From: Alphaproteobacteria bacterium
GTDB taxonomy: Bacteria > Pseudomonadota > Alphaproteobacteria > TMED109
DNA: 64,000 nt
Direction: 5' to 3'
Assembly: GCA_030828505.1 (NCBI GenBank)
Contig: JAURCJ010000009.1
Coordinates: 40 to 64,039 of the forward strand
Made by a program: the position numbers and the translations under genes. Shown here in pieces: positions 27,547 to 38,000 of this stretch. The notes under the pieces were generated by a model. The model did no database searches and was not told the DNA's origin. It saw only the letters and a program-made list of their open reading frames with translations. The stretch's first letter is position 1, and each line of letters starts with the position of its first letter.

Positions 27547-28241
27547 GACCTAAATAACCTTGAATACTGTTTCTCATGTTTAGCAGAACACCAATCCCCA
27601 ATTAATACTGAAGAACCTAGGTCATCCAATGAATTTAATAAAATTTTATTTGTTAACAATTCAACCTCCTTTTTAAATTTAATAATAAGAATTTGAGACT
27701 CAGTTTGACCAATTGACATTAACCTTAATGCAGCAGAAATTAAATTAGATATAAAAGCATGAAAATAAGCATTTACTAAATCTAACTTATTAATATTACA
27801 AACAGCTCCTGCACAAGCAACAGCTATTACATATGATATATTTTCATTTATAATTGTTATAAGCTTATCAAATTTTTTAGAATTCAATGATTTAGATACC
27901 GCATGTGCAAAAGAAACTCCTTGTTGGTAAGATTCTAATGAAATTTCTTTAGTAGGCTTAAAAGCCTTTGCTATTAAAGAGATTTTTTCTAATTCTTTAA
28001 AATTATTTTTTGTTACTGCATCATATGCATTAGAAATTATTATTCCATCATTATAACAAGTTCCATAATGTAAAAAATCACTTATCCAATCAGAAAGATC
28101 TGAGGTATTTTTAACAATCTTAGATTCAATTGCATACTCAAGACCATGAGAATAAGCATAAGAACCTATTGGAAAACTCGGAGAAAACCAAGTCAGTAAG
28201 TAATACATATTTTCGTTTAATTTTCTATTATTATTTTTCAT
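27543..28241 (-). CDS. ureF: Urease accessory protein UreF
   Basis: The N-terminus [25 protein letters not shown] is typical of UreF. Position between ureE and ureG, with an ATGA overlap. Confidence 0.9.
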   Translation of the reverse strand: MKNNNRKLNENMYYLLTWFSPSFPIGSYAYSHGLEYAIESKIVKNTSDLSDWISDFLHYGTCYNDGIIISNAYDAVTKNNFKELEKISLIAKAFKPTKEISLESYQQGVSFAHAVSKSLNSKKFDKLITIINENISYVIAVACAGAVCNINKLDLVNAYFHAFISNLISAALRLMSIGQTESQILIIKFKKEVELLTNKILLNSLDDLGSSVLIGDWCSAKHEKQYSRLFRS

Positions 28242-28247
28242 ATTTAC

Positions 28248-28691
28248 TCAATGACTATGTGATCCATAAGCACCTAATTCAGGCTCAAATATATCTTTTG
28301 TAACTTCTAGTTTTGCTTTTAAACCTTTTAGCATATCTAAAATAACATGATCATATTCTATCCTTATTTTCTTTTCACTAATTATTTGAACAGCTAAGTG
28401 TCTATTTCCAAGATGCCATGCTAATAGGGATTGATGTGCATTATCCATAGAAGTAATATTAACAACCTTTTCTTTAGCGGCAATAATTTCAACCCAATCG
28501 CCATTTTCTAATTCTAACGCATCACCATTTTTAAAATTAACAACCTTATCCAAAGTTAATAAAATATTCACTCCGTTATCTAGTATTAGGTTTTTTCTTC
28601 TACATAATCTATCACGCGCATCTAAAGTAATTTTATATTTTACCTTATTCTTAGGCCACTTTCCCTTTCTACTCCATGAAATTACCAGCAT
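28248..28691 (-). CDS. ureE: Urease accessory (nickel chaperone) protein UreE
   Basis: The MLVISW... start at 28691 avoids overlap with ureC (stop at 28702-28704). LAWHLGNRHL motif; C-terminus GSHSH. Confidence 0.85.
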   Translation of the reverse strand: MLVISWSRKGKWPKNKVKYKITLDARDRLCRRKNLILDNGVNILLTLDKVVNFKNGDALELENGDWVEIIAAKEKVVNITSMDNAHQSLLAWHLGNRHLAVQIISEKKIRIEYDHVILDMLKGLKAKLEVTKDIFEPELGAYGSHSH

Positions 28692-28701
28692 AAATAATCC
28701 T

Positions 28702-30411
28702 TTAATATAAAAAGTATCTTTGTGACATAGGTAATATTTCAGCTGGTTCACATGTGAGTAATTTACCATCAGCCTTAACCTCATATGTTTCTGGATCAAC
28801 TTCTATTGCCGGAGTATAATTATTTAATAACATATCATCCTTAGAAATTTTTCTATTGCCAACAACTGATTCAGTTAATTTATTTATTCCGAGTTCGTCT
28901 TTTAAAGAAGTTTGGTTAAATGCTTGTGATACAAATATAACGCTATTTTTATATAGTGAGCCTCCAAAATGACCAAACATAGGTCTATAATGAACAGGTT
29001 GAGGAGTTGGAATAGAAGCATTAGGGTCACCCATCAAAGAATAATTTATAGCACCACCTTTAATTATTTTCTCTGGCTTAACTCCAAAAAATGCTGGGTC
29101 CCAAAGAACTATATCTGCAAGTTTATTTTCTTCTAATGATCCCACCTTAGAGGATATTCCATGAGCTATTGCCGGATTTATAGTATATTTGGCAATAAAT
29201 CTTTTACATCTAAAATTATCGTTGCCTTTATTATCTTCAGGTAAAGAACCTCTCTGAGTTTTCATTTTTGCAGCCGTTTGCCAGGTTCTAATTATTACTT
29301 CTCCAACTCTACCCATAGCCTGACTATCAGAAGCAATCATAGAAAATGCCCCTAAGTCATGAAGTATATCTTCTGCAGCTATAGTTTCCGCTCTAATTCT
29401 ACTTTCTGCAAATGCTACATCTTCTGGTATATTTGGATCTAAATGGTGACAGACCATAAGCATATCTAAATGTTCATCTATAGTATTTATAGTATATGGC
29501 CTTGTAGGATTTGTAGAAGAAGGTAAAACATTTTTTTCTCCTACTAATTTTATAATATCTGGTGCATGTCCTCCCCCAGCTCCTTCCGTATGAAAGGCAT
29601 GAATACATCTTCCTTTAAAAGCTTTCGTAGTATTTTCAACAAAACCAGACTCATTTAAAGTGTCGGTATGAATGGCAACTTGAATATCATATTGATCTGC
29701 TATTTTTAAACAAGTATCAATGGCAGATGGAGTAGTCCCCCAATCCTCATGTAGTTTTAATCCACAAACTCCAGACTCTACCTGTTCTATTAATGCTTCT
29801 TCTTTAGATGCATTTCCTTTTCCAAAAAATCCTAAATTTACTGGAAATTCATCAGCTGATTGTAACATCCTTGATATATGCCAAGGTCCTGGTGTACATG
29901 TAGTTGCATTAGTTCCTTCTGCTGGACCAGTTCCTCCTCCTAACATAGTAGTTATTCCCGAGCTTAGAGCTTCTTCTATTTGTTGAGGGCTAATAAAATG
30001 TATGTGAGCATCTATACCTCCAGCTGTAACTATTTTACCTTCCCCAGCAATTATCTCTGTTCCTGGTCCAATGATAATATCAATATTGGACTGAATATCT
30101 GGGTTTCCAGCTTTACCAATTTTAAATATATATCCATCTTTTATTCCTATATCAGCTTTTACAATACCCCAGTAATCTAAAATAACAGCATTCGTAATAA
30201 CTGTATCCATAGCACCTTTTTTATTACTTATTTGACTTTGACCCATTCCATCTCTAATAACTTTGCCACCACCAAATTTCACTTCTTCGCCATAAGAAGT
30301 ATAATCTTTTTCAATTTCTATAAATAATTCTGTATCTGCTAATCTAATTTTATCTCCAACACTAGGACCATACATTGCAGCATATGATTTTCTATTAATG
30401 AAATTTACCAT
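28702..30411 (-). CDS. ureC: Urease alpha subunit
   Basis: [48 protein letters not shown]. 569 aa. Confidence 0.97.
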   Translation of the reverse strand: MVNFINRKSYAAMYGPSVGDKIRLADTELFIEIEKDYTSYGEEVKFGGGKVIRDGMGQSQISNKKGAMDTVITNAVILDYWGIVKADIGIKDGYIFKIGKAGNPDIQSNIDIIIGPGTEIIAGEGKIVTAGGIDAHIHFISPQQIEEALSSGITTMLGGGTGPAEGTNATTCTPGPWHISRMLQSADEFPVNLGFFGKGNASKEEALIEQVESGVCGLKLHEDWGTTPSAIDTCLKIADQYDIQVAIHTDTLNESGFVENTTKAFKGRCIHAFHTEGAGGGHAPDIIKLVGEKNVLPSSTNPTRPYTINTIDEHLDMLMVCHHLDPNIPEDVAFAESRIRAETIAAEDILHDLGAFSMIASDSQAMGRVGEVIIRTWQTAAKMKTQRGSLPEDNKGNDNFRCKRFIAKYTINPAIAHGISSKVGSLEENKLADIVLWDPAFFGVKPEKIIKGGAINYSLMGDPNASIPTPQPVHYRPMFGHFGGSLYKNSVIFVSQAFNQTSLKDELGINKLTESVVGNRKISKDDMLLNNYTPAIEVDPETYEVKADGKLLTCEPAEILPMSQRYFLY

Positions 30412-30412
30412 T

Positions 30413-30727
30413 CTATACCTCTTTTAACTTACTATTGATTAAAGCATTAAAACCAAAAACTATTTTCTTACCTTTATATTCTATCAATTCCACTTCTCTT
30501 GATTGCCCTGGTTCGAATCTAATTGCAGTTCCTGAAGGAATATTAAGCCTTTTTCCATATGCTGACTTTCTATCAAAATTTAAAAACTCATTTACTTCAT
30601 AAAAATGATAATGAGAACCTACTTGAATAGGTCTATCCCCAGAATTTTTTATTATTAACTTTTTTGAAACTGAATTAGCATTTAATTCAATTTCTTCATT
30701 CAGTAATATATATTCTCCAGGTATCAT
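30413..30727 (-). CDS. ureB: Urease beta subunit
   Basis: MIPGEY...[19 protein letters not shown]. Confidence 0.95.
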   Translation of the reverse strand: MIPGEYILLNEEIELNANSVSKKLIIKNSGDRPIQVGSHYHFYEVNEFLNFDRKSAYGKRLNIPSGTAIRFEPGQSREVELIEYKGKKIVFGFNALINSKLKEV

Positions 30728-30728
30728 A

Positions 30729-31037
30729 TTATTTCTCCTTGATTGGGTTATGGACAGTTACTAGTTTAGTACCATCTGGAAAGGTTGCTTCTACTTGAAC
30801 ATCTTTAATCATTTTATCAACGCCCTCCATAACTTGATCTTTAAATATAATTTTTGCTCCTTCTGACATTAAGTCGCTTACTTTACGACCATCTCTTGCT
30901 CCTTCAACTATAAAATCTGAAATCAACGCTACAGCTTCTGGATAATTTAATTTTACCCCTCTATTTAGTCTCTTTCTAGCAATTTCAGCTGCCATAGATA
31001 TTAACAGTTTATCTTTTTCTCTCGGTGTAAGTTTCAT
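30729..31037 (-). CDS. ureA: Urease gamma subunit
   Basis: [39 protein letters not shown]. Confidence 0.95.
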   Translation of the reverse strand: MKLTPREKDKLLISMAAEIARKRLNRGVKLNYPEAVALISDFIVEGARDGRKVSDLMSEGAKIIFKDQVMEGVDKMIKDVQVEATFPDGTKLVTVHNPIKEK

Positions 31038-31060
31038 TTGTATTTTTCCTTTTTATTTCT

Positions 31061-31897
31061 TTAGACCCACCATAATTTTGGCAAGAAAGGAGGTAGTCCT
31101 TTTATTTCAGACCTTATAAAGATCCATATTTTTGAAAACAAATTTCTTAAGTCTAAAGGGTTTTTAGACAAAGCCCTGACTATCAAATTATTATTAACTA
31201 AAGTAGTACTAATAAATAAATCATTAATATTACTTTCTATATAATCATTTAGTAAACTCTCATATTTTTCTACATTTCCACCCGACATCACAATTGTAAA
31301 AAAACAATTAGCATCATTTATTCTGGCAATAGAACGTTTAGTTTTAGATATTTCATCTTCTAAAAGAACTATATCTGACCATTGAAGATTAGAATCTTTA
31401 TAAATAGAAATAGAATCTTTTAAATAAATGTTATTAGAAAATTCTCCTTTAGCTAACCTTCCTAAAATAACTATCTCGCCTACTAAGGACTCAGAGTTTT
31501 TGTCCAAATGTATTTTTAAATTTCTTATTAATTTTGAATTTTCAAATAAAATTGTTTCTTGAGGTAGCCACTCTAGCCAACTATTCTCACCTACTATTAT
31601 TTCATTATTAATAACTGCTTTAGTATTATTAATACTCTTATAAATTTTTTCAGCTGATTGAGAAAAAACCATAGCATTACTATTTTTTAATTTAACATTA
31701 ATACTATGTTTGTCTCCGGATACTACTCCTCCAGATGTATTAACAACGGCAACAGAGCTTATGTCATTGTTTCCATCATCATTTGTAAATGCTCTTAATG
31801 GAGTTGTGTAATGGAGGTCTTGTATTTCATTTTTTGAAAATGAGATATTTAATTTGCCATTAGCTCGTTGTAAATTTTTATAATTAGACTGTAAGAT
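31061..31897 (-). CDS. ureD: Urease accessory protein UreD (start uncertain; conserved N-terminus lies upstream of the first ATG at 31672)
   Basis: The frame stays open to 31918. My translation upstream of Met-31672 reads ...ILQSNYKNLQRANGKLNISFSKNEIQDLHYTTPLRAFTNDDGNNDISSVAVVNTSGGVVSGDKHSINVKLKNSNA, which has UreD-typical PLR and SGG..GD blocks. It contains no ATG/GTG/TTG. The 31897 end assumes an ATC start with AAGG 9 nt upstream. Confidence 0.75.
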   Translation of the reverse strand: MLQSNYKNLQRANGKLNISFSKNEIQDLHYTTPLRAFTNDDGNNDISSVAVVNTSGGVVSGDKHSINVKLKNSNAMVFSQSAEKIYKSINNTKAVINNEIIVGENSWLEWLPQETILFENSKLIRNLKIHLDKNSESLVGEIVILGRLAKGEFSNNIYLKDSISIYKDSNLQWSDIVLLEDEISKTKRSIARINDANCFFTIVMSGGNVEKYESLLNDYIESNINDLFISTTLVNNNLIVRALSKNPLDLRNLFSKIWIFIRSEIKGLPPFLPKLWWV

Positions 31898-32579
31898 AGC
31901 TTTGGACCTTTTTTTTATTCATTTCTTTACCTTTTCCAGATAAAACTATTTTTCCTTTATTTAATATATAATATTGATCTGAAAGTTTCCTTGCAAAGTC
32001 AAAATATTGTTCGACCAATAATATACCTATTTTTTCATTTGTTGCTAAGTATCGTATCACTTCTCCAATTTGTTTTATGATTGATGGTTGTATACCTTCA
32101 GTAGGTTCATCTAATAATAAAATCTTGGGCTTCATTACTAAAGCTCTAGCAATAGCAAGTTGCTGTTGCTGTCCACCTGATAAATCTCCCCCTCTTCTGC
32201 CTTTCATATCTCTTAATACTGGAAATAAATCGTAAATATATTTTGAAATTTTTCTATCATTCCTTTTTAAAACTGAAAAACCTGTTTGAAGATTCTCCTC
32301 AACTGTTAATAAAGAAAAAATTTCTCTACCTTGGGGCACATATGCAATCCCAGAATTAGCTCTTTCTGGAGAAGAAAGTTTTGTTATATCTATTTTATTT
32401 AAATTTATTATACCGGAATCTATTTTTTCAAGACCAATAATAGACTTTAATAAGCTAGTCTTACCTACTCCATTTCTTCCCATTATAGTAGTTACTTTTC
32501 CAATTTTAACATTTATAGACATATCAAATAAAATATGACTTTCTCCATATGACAAATTTATTTTTTTTACTTCTAACAT
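31884..32579 (-). CDS. urtE: Urea ABC transporter ATP-binding protein UrtE
   Basis: Walker A GRNGVGKT, signature LSGGQQQ, Walker B LLLDEP. Last gene of the urtABCDE order. Confidence 0.9.
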   Translation of the reverse strand: MLEVKKINLSYGESHILFDMSINVKIGKVTTIMGRNGVGKTSLLKSIIGLEKIDSGIINLNKIDITKLSSPERANSGIAYVPQGREIFSLLTVEENLQTGFSVLKRNDRKISKYIYDLFPVLRDMKGRRGGDLSGGQQQQLAIARALVMKPKILLLDEPTEGIQPSIIKQIGEVIRYLATNEKIGILLVEQYFDFARKLSDQYYILNKGKIVLSGKGKEMNKKKVQSYLTV

Positions 32580-33338
32580 TTATCTTCCTAAGTAAACTTC
32601 AATTACAGATTCATTTTTTTTCAATTCTTTCATATTTCCTTGGGCTAATACTGCGCCTTCATGAAGAACTGTTACAGGACAATTTAAAGATTGAATAAAA
32701 TCTATATCATGTTCAATTACAATTAATGATCTGTCTTTAGATATTTTTTTAAACAACTTTGAAGTTTTCTCTGTTTCTTCATCAGTCATTCCTGCAACTG
32801 GCTCATCTAACATTAATACATTACAATTTTGTGAAAGTAGCATTCCTATTTCTAACCATTGTTTCTGACCATGTGATAATGAATTAGCATCATCATATAG
32901 ATTACTATCTAAATTTACTTGAACAGCAATTTTTGTTATTAAATCTGAATCCATACTTTTATTATTAAAAAAAATAGTACTATAGATATTTTTATTCTTA
33001 TATGATGCTAATTCTAAATTTTGAAGAACTGTATGATTAGGAAATATAGATGGACGCTGAAATTTTCTAGCTATACCCAAGTCTACAATAGATGACTCAT
33101 CATATTTAAATAAATTGATATTTTCCTTAAAAATTACTCTTCCTTGAGATGGCTTAGTTCTTCCAGTAACTACATCCATAAAAGTAGTTTTTCCTGCTCC
33201 ATTTGGGCCTACAATAGCCTGTAAACTTTTAGGAGGGACTGTAAAAGATAAATTATTTAAAGCTTTAAAACCATCAAAACTTACTGTAACTCCATCTATA
33301 TACAAAATAGAATTAGCACTCTTATTAATATTATCCAA
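32580..33338 (-). CDS. urtD: Urea ABC transporter ATP-binding protein UrtD
   Basis: GPNGAGKTT, LSHGQKQWLEIGM, LMLDEPVAGM. Confidence 0.9.
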   Translation of the reverse strand: MDNINKSANSILYIDGVTVSFDGFKALNNLSFTVPPKSLQAIVGPNGAGKTTFMDVVTGRTKPSQGRVIFKENINLFKYDESSIVDLGIARKFQRPSIFPNHTVLQNLELASYKNKNIYSTIFFNNKSMDSDLITKIAVQVNLDSNLYDDANSLSHGQKQWLEIGMLLSQNCNVLMLDEPVAGMTDEETEKTSKLFKKISKDRSLIVIEHDIDFIQSLNCPVTVLHEGAVLAQGNMKELKKNESVIEVYLGR

Positions 33339-34458
33339 TTTGAGTTTTCCTTCTATTTTTTAAAATTATAAATATTTTTTTAATCACACCCATTAGACCA
33401 TTAGGGAGGTATAATGTAACCAAGACAAATAATGCACCTAAAAAAAACAACCATACTTCTGGAAAATTTACTGTAAAAAAAGATTTTGCTAAATTAACTA
33501 TTACTCCACCCAAAATAGCTCCGATCAATGTTCCTCTGCCACCTAATGCAACCCACACCACTACCTCTATAGATTTTAATGGAGCAAACTCTCCTGGGTT
33601 TATTATTCCTACTTGGGGAACATATAAAGCACCTGCTATACCAGCTAATATTGCAGATACGACAAATGCGCATAATTTATAATTTTCTACTCTATAACCT
33701 AAAAATCTTAATCTATCCTCTTGATCTCTGACACCTTTTAAAACTAGACCTGAATGTGAATTAACTAATTTTAATGAAAACAAGTAACCTAGTGCTAGAG
33801 CTATAACAGACAAAATAAATAAAGATATTCTTGTATTACTATTCTGTAATGAAAATCCTAAAATATCTTTAAAGTCTGTAAGTCCATTATTACCTCCAAA
33901 TCCAAAATCATTTTGAAAAAATGCCAACATTAATGCATAAGTTAATGCTTGAGTAATTATAGAAAAATAAACTCCTGTAACTCTTGATTTAAAAGCAAAC
34001 CATCCAAAAATAAATGCTAATGCACCAGGAACAATAGCTATCATTAATAAAGTATAGGTAAAATTATCGAATCCATACCAAGCTATAGGCAACTCACTCC
34101 AATTTAAAAAAACCATAAAATCAGGTAAAATAGGATCACCATAAACACCTCGAGGCCCAATTTCTCTCATTAAATGCATTCCTATACAATATCCACCTAA
34201 TGCAAAAAATGCTCCATGGCCTAAACTTAATATTCCGCAATAACCCCATATCAAATCTAGAGATAAAGCTAATAGACCATAGGTTAAATATTTTCCAAAT
34301 AAGGCAACATGATAATCAGTTAAATGAAATATACTTTCTGCTGAAACATAAATATTCATTATTGGAACTGCTATTGAAATAATAAAAAGACAAAATAAAA
34401 AAGCTTTTGTTTTTATATCCCCTTGTAAAATATTAATAATTATAAATTTAGAAATCAT
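33331..34458 (-). CDS. urtC: Urea ABC transporter permease UrtC
   Basis: Branched-chain-amino-acid-type permease (LivM-like) with multiple TM segments. Overlaps both neighbours. Confidence 0.9.
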   Translation of the reverse strand: MISKFIIINILQGDIKTKAFLFCLFIISIAVPIMNIYVSAESIFHLTDYHVALFGKYLTYGLLALSLDLIWGYCGILSLGHGAFFALGGYCIGMHLMREIGPRGVYGDPILPDFMVFLNWSELPIAWYGFDNFTYTLLMIAIVPGALAFIFGWFAFKSRVTGVYFSIITQALTYALMLAFFQNDFGFGGNNGLTDFKDILGFSLQNSNTRISLFILSVIALALGYLFSLKLVNSHSGLVLKGVRDQEDRLRFLGYRVENYKLCAFVVSAILAGIAGALYVPQVGIINPGEFAPLKSIEVVVWVALGGRGTLIGAILGGVIVNLAKSFFTVNFPEVWLFFLGALFVLVTLYLPNGLMGVIKKIFIILKNRRKTQIG

Positions 34459-36071
34459 TGATTTATTTCTGCTGCTCTACCCTTGAGGGCAAACATACCT
34501 TTAGGTCTTTTTTGTATAAATAATATTAAGAATATCAATGTAATAATTTTTGCTAATACAGCTCCAGAATATGGTTCCAGAAATTTATTGCCAATCCCTA
34601 GAATAAAAGCTCCAGATAAAGTTCCCCACAAGTTTCCAACTCCTCCGAATACTACCACCATGAAACAGTCAATTATATAACTTTGTCCAAGGTTTGGTCC
34701 TACATTGGTAATCTGAGATAAAGCTACTCCAGCAATACCCGCAATTCCTGAACCTAAACCAAAAGTGAGAGAGTCGACCCAGTTAGTTTTTATTCCCATT
34801 GATCTTGCCATAGATCTATTCTGCATTACCGCCCTAACTTCTATGCCAAAATGAGATTTTTTTAATAATACTAATAAAAATATAAATATCATTATACTAA
34901 AAGCTAAAATATATAACCTGCCAAATGATAAAGATAAAGCTGGATGAATTTCAATCATTCCACTCATCCATTGAGGAGTGCTAACAGGCATATTTATCGG
35001 AGAAAAAATACTTCTAACTAATTGTTGTAAAAATAAAGAAATACCAAATGTAGCTAATAAGGTTTCTAAAGGCCTTCCATAAAGATGTCTTATTATAAGT
35101 CTTTCAATTAAAACACCCATAAACCCGGCTATTAAAAAAGAAAATGGTAATGCAATAAATAAGGAATATTCTATAAAGCTAGGAAATATTAACTGCGTAA
35201 CATAAGTTGTATAGGCTCCAATCATGATCATTTCGCCATGGGCCATATTTATAACACCCATCACACCAAAAGTAATTGCTAAACCTACAGCCGCAATAAA
35301 TAAAACAGAACCTAAGCTTAAACCAAAGAATAAGTTCTCAAGAAGTTTATAAAATTTAATATTACTATTAATTTTATTAATTAATTCAATTGCTTTAGAT
35401 ACTTCCAACTTAAAATTATTTTCATTTTTATTTTTTTCTACAAATTGATTTACTACGGATATAACTCCCGGATCCGTAGTTTTAACTAAATATTCTAAAC
35501 TTTTATTTATTAATAATTTATCTCCAGATAATAAATATAATCGAGCTTGTGTTTTATACAGCTCCTTAATAACAGATTTGTTTTTTTCATTAACTAAAGA
35601 TCTATCAATTAAAGGAAGAAGTTCAAAAGAACTACTTTCAAATATAGTTTTAGCTGCATTTATTCTGATATTCTTATCTTCTGAAACTAGCGAAGCCTTA
35701 GCTATTAATACCCTTACATGTTTACGTAATTTATTATTAAGGCTAATTCTTTTTATTTTATTTTTCTTTACTTGACCTAAATTGTTTCCTGTTAAAATGT
35801 CTGTAATTTTATAATTTTTATCAATTTTTTCTGCATAAACAGTGATTTTTTCATTTTTAGTATAATATAAATTTCCACTCTCTATATGCTGAAGAATTAT
35901 AAGAGATCTATTACTTTTTATGTCCGCGATTTGTGACAATAAATCTTCTTTTTCAGAAAACTTTGCTTTTTGTAAAGCTGATAATATGTCATCTAAATTG
36001 TTTGCATAAGAAATATTAATTAAACTTAATACAACTGATACACATATCATCAACTTCACAAAAATATTCAT
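34455..36071 (-). CDS. urtB: Urea ABC transporter permease UrtB (LivH-like core with a ~240-aa N-terminal periplasmic extension)
   Basis: Signal peptide, then a soluble region, then the permease core from about residue 245 (LFFGLSLGSVLFIAAVGLAITFGVMGVINMAHGE). Confidence 0.9.
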   Translation of the reverse strand: MNIFVKLMICVSVVLSLINISYANNLDDILSALQKAKFSEKEDLLSQIADIKSNRSLIILQHIESGNLYYTKNEKITVYAEKIDKNYKITDILTGNNLGQVKKNKIKRISLNNKLRKHVRVLIAKASLVSEDKNIRINAAKTIFESSSFELLPLIDRSLVNEKNKSVIKELYKTQARLYLLSGDKLLINKSLEYLVKTTDPGVISVVNQFVEKNKNENNFKLEVSKAIELINKINSNIKFYKLLENLFFGLSLGSVLFIAAVGLAITFGVMGVINMAHGEMIMIGAYTTYVTQLIFPSFIEYSLFIALPFSFLIAGFMGVLIERLIIRHLYGRPLETLLATFGISLFLQQLVRSIFSPINMPVSTPQWMSGMIEIHPALSLSFGRLYILAFSIMIFIFLLVLLKKSHFGIEVRAVMQNRSMARSMGIKTNWVDSLTFGLGSGIAGIAGVALSQITNVGPNLGQSYIIDCFMVVVFGGVGNLWGTLSGAFILGIGNKFLEPYSGAVLAKIITLIFLILFIQKRPKGMFALKGRAAEINQ

Positions 36072-36103
36072 TTTATTCTCAAAATAATTTAATAATTATT
36101 AAT

Positions 36104-37381
36104 TTAATAATTCTGACCTGAACACTTACCAGTCTTAATGTTATAATTTCCACAAGAAATAGGTGAAGTCCAATCAGCAACTAAATTTGAAGATTCTGGA
36201 AGAAAATCAGTCCATGCATCCCCTATCACTCCTGCTGGTGTTTCATAAACTATTTCAAATTGGCCATCATCAAGTATCTCTCCAATCAGCACTGGTTTTG
36301 TTAAATGATGATTAGTATTCATTACAGCTGTTCCACCAGTTAAATTAGGAACTGTTAATCCGTACATAGAAGGTCTAACTTCATCAACAACAGTTGTTCC
36401 AGCTATTTCAACAGCCTTTGCCCACATATTAAAGCCTATTACAGTGGCTTCCATTGGATCATTTGTCACTCTTTTACTATCTCCAGTAAATTCATGCCAT
36501 GCGGATATAAATGATTCATTATATTCTGAGTCAGCACTCATAAAATAATTCCAGGCTGCTAAATGTCCTACTAAAGGTCCAGTATCTAAACCAGCTAACT
36601 CCTCTTCACCTACTGAGAAAGCAACTACTGGAATATCTGTGGCATCAATTCCAACATTTCCTAGTTCTTTATAAAAAGGAACATTTGCATCGCCATTGAT
36701 AGTCGAAATTACTCCTGTCTTTTTTCCTGCTGAGCCAAAAGCTTTAATATCTGCCACAATTGTCTGCCAATCTGAATGACCAAAAGGTGTATAATTAACC
36801 ATAATATCTTCTTCAGCCACTCCTTTACTAATTAAATATTCCTTTAATATTTTATTAGTTGTTCTAGGATAAACATAATCTGTACCAGCTAAAACCCATC
36901 TTTCAACACCCAATTCTTCCATAAAGTAATTTACCGCTGGAATAGCTTGTTGGTTGGGGGCAGCCCCTGTATAAAATACATTTTTTGAAGACTCTTCACC
37001 TTCATACTGAACAGGATAAAATAGTAAACCATTTAATTCTTCTATAACAGGTAGAACTGATTTTCTTGAAACTGATGTCCAACATCCAAATATAACATCA
37101 ACATTATGAACTTCTATCAATTCTCTTGTTTTTTCTGCAAATAATGGCCAATCAGAGGCAGGGTCTACTACAACTGCTTCTAGTTTTTTTCCTAGTAAAC
37201 CTCCTTTTTTATTTTGTTCTTCTACCATCATCAAAACAGTATCTTTTAGAGTAGTTTCACTAATAGCCATCGTTCCTGATAGCGAGTGAAGCACACCTAC
37301 TTTAATTGTATTAGCTGATGCACTTAATATAGAAAACATATATGTGATCATTGCAAAAATAATTATTTTTAAATTTTTCAT
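36104..37381 (-). CDS. urtA: Urea ABC transporter substrate-binding protein UrtA
   Basis: Signal peptide followed by IKVGVLHSLSGTMAISE, typical of the UrtA/amide-binding periplasmic family. First gene of the operon. Confidence 0.9.
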   Translation of the reverse strand: MKNLKIIIFAMITYMFSILSASANTIKVGVLHSLSGTMAISETTLKDTVLMMVEEQNKKGGLLGKKLEAVVVDPASDWPLFAEKTRELIEVHNVDVIFGCWTSVSRKSVLPVIEELNGLLFYPVQYEGEESSKNVFYTGAAPNQQAIPAVNYFMEELGVERWVLAGTDYVYPRTTNKILKEYLISKGVAEEDIMVNYTPFGHSDWQTIVADIKAFGSAGKKTGVISTINGDANVPFYKELGNVGIDATDIPVVAFSVGEEELAGLDTGPLVGHLAAWNYFMSADSEYNESFISAWHEFTGDSKRVTNDPMEATVIGFNMWAKAVEIAGTTVVDEVRPSMYGLTVPNLTGGTAVMNTNHHLTKPVLIGEILDDGQFEIVYETPAGVIGDAWTDFLPESSNLVADWTSPISCGNYNIKTGKCSGQNY

Positions 37382-37492
37382 TTGTTCTCCTTAATTATTT
37401 GTTAATAAATAGTATAACTTTTTTAATAAGCATGTTTCGTGCCACATTATTAGTGTGAAAAAACCTAGGCTATTATAATTTATTAATAATAT

Positions 37493-37511
37493 ATGATTAA
37501 TATTTAATCTT
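37493..37511. promoter_or_regulatory. Operator-like palindrome ATGATTAA-TAT-TTAATCTT (7/8 arms) in the divergent urtA/thioesterase spacer
   Basis: Read directly from the sequence. 31 bp from the second, perfect copy. Confidence 0.4.
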
Positions 37512-37523
37512 TAATTTTTTTAA

Positions 37524-37560
37524 ATGATTAAATATTAATCATATTAATCATATTAATAAG
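37524..37560. promoter_or_regulatory. Perfect palindrome ATGATTAA-ATA-TTAATCAT running into three tandem 9-mers (ATTAATCAT x2 and ATTAATAAG)
   Basis: The 8-bp arms are at 37524-37531 and 37535-37542. The 9-bp tandem units are at 37534-37542, 37543-37551 and 37552-37560. Confidence 0.45.
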
Positions 37561-37607
37561 AAATATAAAAAAATTTACATTTCAATTTGTATGACTTAGT
37601 TTGAATT

Positions 37608-38000
37608 ATGAAAAATATTAAAAAATATAAAATTCCATCTATCCAGGCAGTAGCTATGCCAGCAGATACTAACCCTTCCGGAGATATATTTGGAGGCTGG
37701 GTTTTAAGTCAAATGGACTTAGCAGGAAGTGTTCTTGCTCGTCAAATTACAAAAAAAAGAGTGACGACAGTAGCTGTTGATAAAATGAGATTTCATAAAC
37801 CAATTATGGTAGGAGATATAGTAAGCTTTTATACAGAGGTTAATAAAATAGGAACCACCTCTATAACTATTGATATTACAACAATGGTAACTAGAAAAAA
37901 TAATATATTAGGCAAAGACCAAGCCATAATGGTAACGGAAGGAAAATTTGTTTATGTAAGCATAGACACCAAAGGAAAACCTATAAAAATAAAAATTTAA
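37608..38000 (+). CDS. Acyl-CoA thioesterase (hotdog fold, YciA/acyl-CoA hydrolase-like)
   Basis: MPADTNPSGDIFGGWVLSQMDLAG...VAVDKMRFHKPIMVGD. Confidence 0.85.
   Translation: MKNIKKYKIPSIQAVAMPADTNPSGDIFGGWVLSQMDLAGSVLARQITKKRVTTVAVDKMRFHKPIMVGDIVSFYTEVNKIGTTSITIDITTMVTRKNNILGKDQAIMVTEGKFVYVSIDTKGKPIKIKI

Noticed and set aside
28692-28799. The 36-codon N-terminal extension of the ureE ORF
   Set aside because: It overlaps the 3' end of ureC in another frame and has no UreE-like sequence. The internal Met at 28691 gives a normal-length UreE that starts just after the ureC stop.
34455-36071. The ~240-aa N-terminal extension of UrtB as a novel domain fusion
   Set aside because: As I recall, long UrtB proteins of about 530-540 aa with a periplasmic N-terminal region are the usual form in many proteobacteria. 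This is therefore not unusual without further evidence.
37534-37560. Tandem 9-bp repeats as a possible CRISPR or minisatellite
   Set aside because: There are only three units of 9 bp with no spacers and no cas genes. The repeats are better explained as iterated protein-binding half-sites in a promoter.
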